From NCBI GenBank assembly GCA_032718475.1, contig JAUCBJ010005755.1:1-39832 (forward strand): a stretch of DNA of 39,832 bases, in the 5' to 3' direction. Shown one piece after another: positions 35,866-39,832 of the stretch. How positions within the stretch are numbered: the first letter of the stretch is position 1; each line of letters opens with the position of its first letter. Source of the DNA: Nemertoderma westbladi (taxonomy: Eukaryota > Animalia > Xenacoelomorpha). The translations under genes were made by a program, and so were the position numbers. Under the pieces are notes generated by a model. It was not told where the DNA came from and ran no database searches. It worked only from the letters and a program-made list of their open reading frames with translations.

Positions 35866-38800
35866 TGACACTTACTCTCTTATCTAATCAACTTATATTG
35901 AACAGGCAGTCTTAAGTTGCATATCCAGTTGCAATAACAGCTCAACTCCAATGCATCACATGTCAGAGCCGGACGTCCACGGGAACACCTACTTCTGATT
36001 GGTTGATTGATTGATACAGAAATACAGATAAATAGGAAGCATCTATATGAAAAGGATAGACCTATGAGGCGGAGCCTCGTTTCCATAGGGGTCCTAAATG
36101 TAATAACGTAGGTAGGCCTATTAATTGTACGAATGCTTCAGAAATATGTAGTTCCAGTAAAATAATATTCCTATAGTAAATTAAATTAAAAATAGACCAT
36201 TAAAAAGTTGGACTACAATTAAATTATTGTAGCAATAGCCTAAAATGGAAATGCTGTATGATAATAATCAAAAATATGTCATTATAATTAAAAATAAATT
36301 ATCATGGTCAGGGAACGAATGAAGTCGAGTTTTGTTGTTTCCGTTCCTGTAAGCGGTATTTCTTCAGTCGATGGATAAATTATACAACCATAGGCGCATT
36401 TATTATATATAGTATGTGGCAGTTTGTTCCAGTTTGTTCTGTCATTGCCAGAAGAGTGGATCTGGTATGAACTCGTCTTTACTTCTTCAGAGCCCCACTG
36501 AATCGGAGATTGCATTGTAATATGTAGAGTAGTTGATAAAGGTGCTATTGTAACAGAAAACTCGGCATTTGTCATGTTTTGTTTAGGGCTGCCCTTAGTT
36601 TGTCTTGTGTAACAACCATAAACTACGAGCCCTGAGTGTATCTCTAGTTGAATATCGACCTCCCCTTCGTTTACCTTCCGGGCCGGCCTGGTGTTGGAAA
36701 GACCTGTCGAGGGTTTGGATGGACCCCAGAGGAGTGTCATAAACAAAGAATGGTTTTGTAGTTTGCGTTGTATATTGATCTCCGATAACAACTAGTCACA
36801 CCACCAACTAAGTCCACTGATAATAACGTACTTCCCCAAATAATACCAATAAAGTTATCTCAACTACGTTGAAGACAATGTACTTACTAATAACACCAAT
36901 AAGTCAAATACACCAATAGGGGTTTGGTGATATTTGATGTAGAAACCTACACATAGGGAATGAATCTACATCAAATGCCATCATCAATAAATACATCAAT
37001 AATACCAACATCTGGTTAATCTATGGTTAACACGTTACTCATCTCTATACTAATGCTCGAAGTACCCATGTTGCTGTTTACTTTACTTAAGCAAACTGGA
37101 ACCGTCTTTAGGATTCTTGAGTTCTTTATTATCCAATACCTTGACGTGAAGTACAATATGTTATATGATATTACCTTTCCACTTCCCATTCCCCACAATG
37201 GATTGGTTGACACTACAAGGGCTTCCCCCATGGTCATGATATATTTAAGATTCTTCTTAAACTTTAATGGTTCCTGCACGATATTAATGTCGTATCTTCC
37301 AGTACTATATATTCCTGCTGAGTTGTGGTCAAGCCCACTTACGACCATCTCCATTTCTTCCATGCCTTTGGATGTTTGTTTACATCTTCTGTCTTTCGTC
37401 CAAACAGTATCTCGATGCTTCCTTTGAGGTCCGCCGCGTGCGTTCGATGATTCCTATACCATATAATGATCCTTACGATTCCATTGCAGCTGAACATAAT
37501 ACTTGAGAATCCAATGTTGCACCTTGGTACCCGCTCAGGGGCTCATTAATATCCTTCGTGATATCCAAACCATACAAAACGTACGTCTTATTGAGAATGA
37601 GATGCATACCTCCTGTGGTAGTCTGACTATCTACTTCGAGTTGTCCTCTATATCAGCTTTTGTTACGTTGAAGATATATATGTCCCCATCGATATTCGAT
37701 ATATGTAGGAACTGCGTTTCTCCTAATTCTTTAAGTATTCATTAATAGGAAACCTGTAATTTTAACATGTTTCATGAATGTTGTCCATTGTTTACATGTC
37801 AGGTTCTTTAGTGTCTCTCCTTGTTTAAGATGTAAGTGCATCTTTGCCTTTACCACCTTCTTTAACCCTGGTGTACCATAACTTGTTGGCTTGTGGGCCG
37901 TCCAGAACTTCTTCTGTAGCGCTGCAACTCCTTCGTGCTTAACTATCATTATTGGTTTAGATAAACTCATCTTAATATCTATGCCTCTCTATAGGGCTAT
38001 GTCATTGTAAACTCTCTAACCACTATATAGGGTCCCTTCTGTAAATATTCGAATGTATTATTTTTGTAATAAATTATTTTTGATTAACGATATAATATTC
38101 AGTATTATCAGTAAAGTTTATTATAATCTTACTATCCGAAGGATAAAGAAAACAATGCATAATATTAGTAGAGTTATTATCAACCTACTATCCTAATCCT
38201 AATCAAATATTAGTTATTGTCAACTCTCTATCCTAGAGCCTTAAAATGTTTCAAATTGTAAATTTTTCCGTTAAGATAATTAATTTCTAGACTTCATATC
38301 ATGACAGAATGATACAGGAATATCTTGTAATAGAATCAGAATACAGACTGAGGCCAGACGTCAACTGGTTGTTGCGAAACTTAGTCTTTCTTGCCTCAGG
38401 ATCCCGACTTTTGCCAGACTACATGTGTATCAGTTTGGTTAGATTTCTTCGAGGATTGGCCGAGTTATTAACGTTGAAATATTGCATGAAAGATCAAAAG
38501 ATAAACAGAGCTAAAGATTCAGATTGACAGACACACAGGTTGTGGTAGTGGTACCCCTATGCTAAGCTCGCTTATTTTCGTGGCTCGCCCCACATTATTC
38601 AATATGTTGTTCAAAATATGTCATGTCATCCATCAGGTATTGTATTATACCGGGACAGTGTAATTAAAACACAATACTAAAAGCATTCTGCTCCTAAGTT
38701 GCCCATGCCCAATAAAGAAAGGCACTTTCTCTAGGGAAATAAACTGCATTTCATCTAACATAATGCAATACATAATATATACGGCGGTTTAGTCCACCTC

Positions 38801-39220
38801 GTAGTGTCAAAAAGATCATTCAGGACAACTTAAATTCTGGGGATCAAGTCTAGCTTTTGAATTTATCTGATTATTCAGACGCCAACATCGACATTAATAA
38901 TTTTTGTATTAATTCTTCGCCTCTAATAATATCAGCAACCACTACATGAAAACTACAGAAGCATTGAGAAAATGTTAATTTATCAGATTACAACTCTCAG
39001 GTACACTTCTTAAATCTTCAGTCTGATACTATTTACACATCGTTTGCAGACATCATAAATAGTGCTTGACTATAACTTGGTGAGAGCTTTTATATTAGTT
39101 GCTGCCGTTCTATGACATATGTTGCAAAAAATATATGGTCTTCTTGGATTAACAAAAGCCACCTCTAGAAGCAACCTGTATCTATGGGATGAGGAGGAGT
39201 TAGGGACCCTCTAGACCTAA

Positions 39221-39357
39221 GGCCCGCCGCACACTAGAGATGCAAGATGCAAAAAAGGACATCCTCGATGTTCTATTTATTGCATCTTGCATCTCGAATT
39301 ATAGAATACATGGTAGACTTTGGGAGGCCGAACACTAGAGATGCAAGATGCAAGATA
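39221..39357. mobile_element. PIF/Harbinger-like MITE end fragment
   Basis: TAA|GGCCCGCCGCACACTAGAG terminus; GAGATGCAAGATGCAA occurs in direct and inverted repeats. Confidence 0.5.
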
Positions 39358-39559
39358 CATTCTTTGAAATTTACATTTAAATAATCCAAGTAATATTAGT
39401 GTGTGTTGCCACCCAATATTATATTATACTGTACCTCAGTGTGATTAGCAGAATTTCTTTCGCTCCAATCGTTTTTCTAAACTTGGTGCTACACTTTCGG
39501 ATGTTTCCATCAATTAGGGTCAAAACTGCACCAAAAATGTACCAAAGGACATGCGAGTA

Positions 39560-39832
39560 TAACTCGCAAATAGAGATTTGATATTTCACAAATTCCTCAT
39601 CACCAGGAATCACATATGCTGCAAGAATGCTGAACATACATGATTGTGGGTAAGAATCGAAGGCCTTAAAGAAATCAGTAAAGTCAACAGCTTGATATCT
39701 GTCTTGTTGACAATCTTCAATTATACTTCAATGTGCCAGATTGGCCTCCATGGACCCATACCTTTACGAAACCCATCCTGGTTCCCACGAAACTCTCTCT
39801 CTATACAGGATCTCTGATTCAATTCCATATAC
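39560..39832 (-). mobile_element. Third, more diverged fragment of the RTE-like LINE
   Basis: Recognisable homology to 15200-15490 (GAATCGAAGGCCTTAAAGAA, CCTTTACGAAACCCATCCTG, TGCTGAACATAC) with many substitutions and indels. Confidence 0.8.

Noticed and set aside
37016-37363. TatD-like or Sushi-like motifs in the decayed region
   Set aside because: Only vague partial resemblance; the diagnostic residues are not recovered.

Overview
Repeat-rich eukaryotic DNA, probably an invertebrate animal (inference from gene and TE content). Host genes are a single-exon mitochondrial ribosomal protein L4 gene and the first coding exon of a GRDP/DUF1399-like gene. The rest is satellites and nested transposons: an 18-bp minisatellite, a 1.1-kb (TGGGTG)n array, a 3.9-kb foldback DNA element carrying an L2/Crack-like LINE tail, three RTE-like LINE copies, piggyBac/Harbinger-like MITEs and a MULE relic. 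The main find is a 12.1-kb, apparently recent BEL/Pao LTR retrotransposon (18069-30204, minus strand) with 1245-bp LTRs and a GTGTG target duplication. It has no tRNA-type (TGG) primer-binding site. Instead, the 15 nt next to the 5' LTR are perfectly complementary to a 15-mer inside the LTR, just downstream of TATA-like and CCAAT motifs, and an adjacent U5-leader stem can form. This is the geometry of Tf1-type self-primed reverse transcription, which I know only from Ty3/gypsy chromoviruses. The element also has five tandem copies of the U5-end/PBS cassette, an open Gag-protease ORF with RT, RNase H core and integrase deleted in frame, and a decayed zinc-knuckle ORF in the env position. All calls were made by eye; no searches were run.
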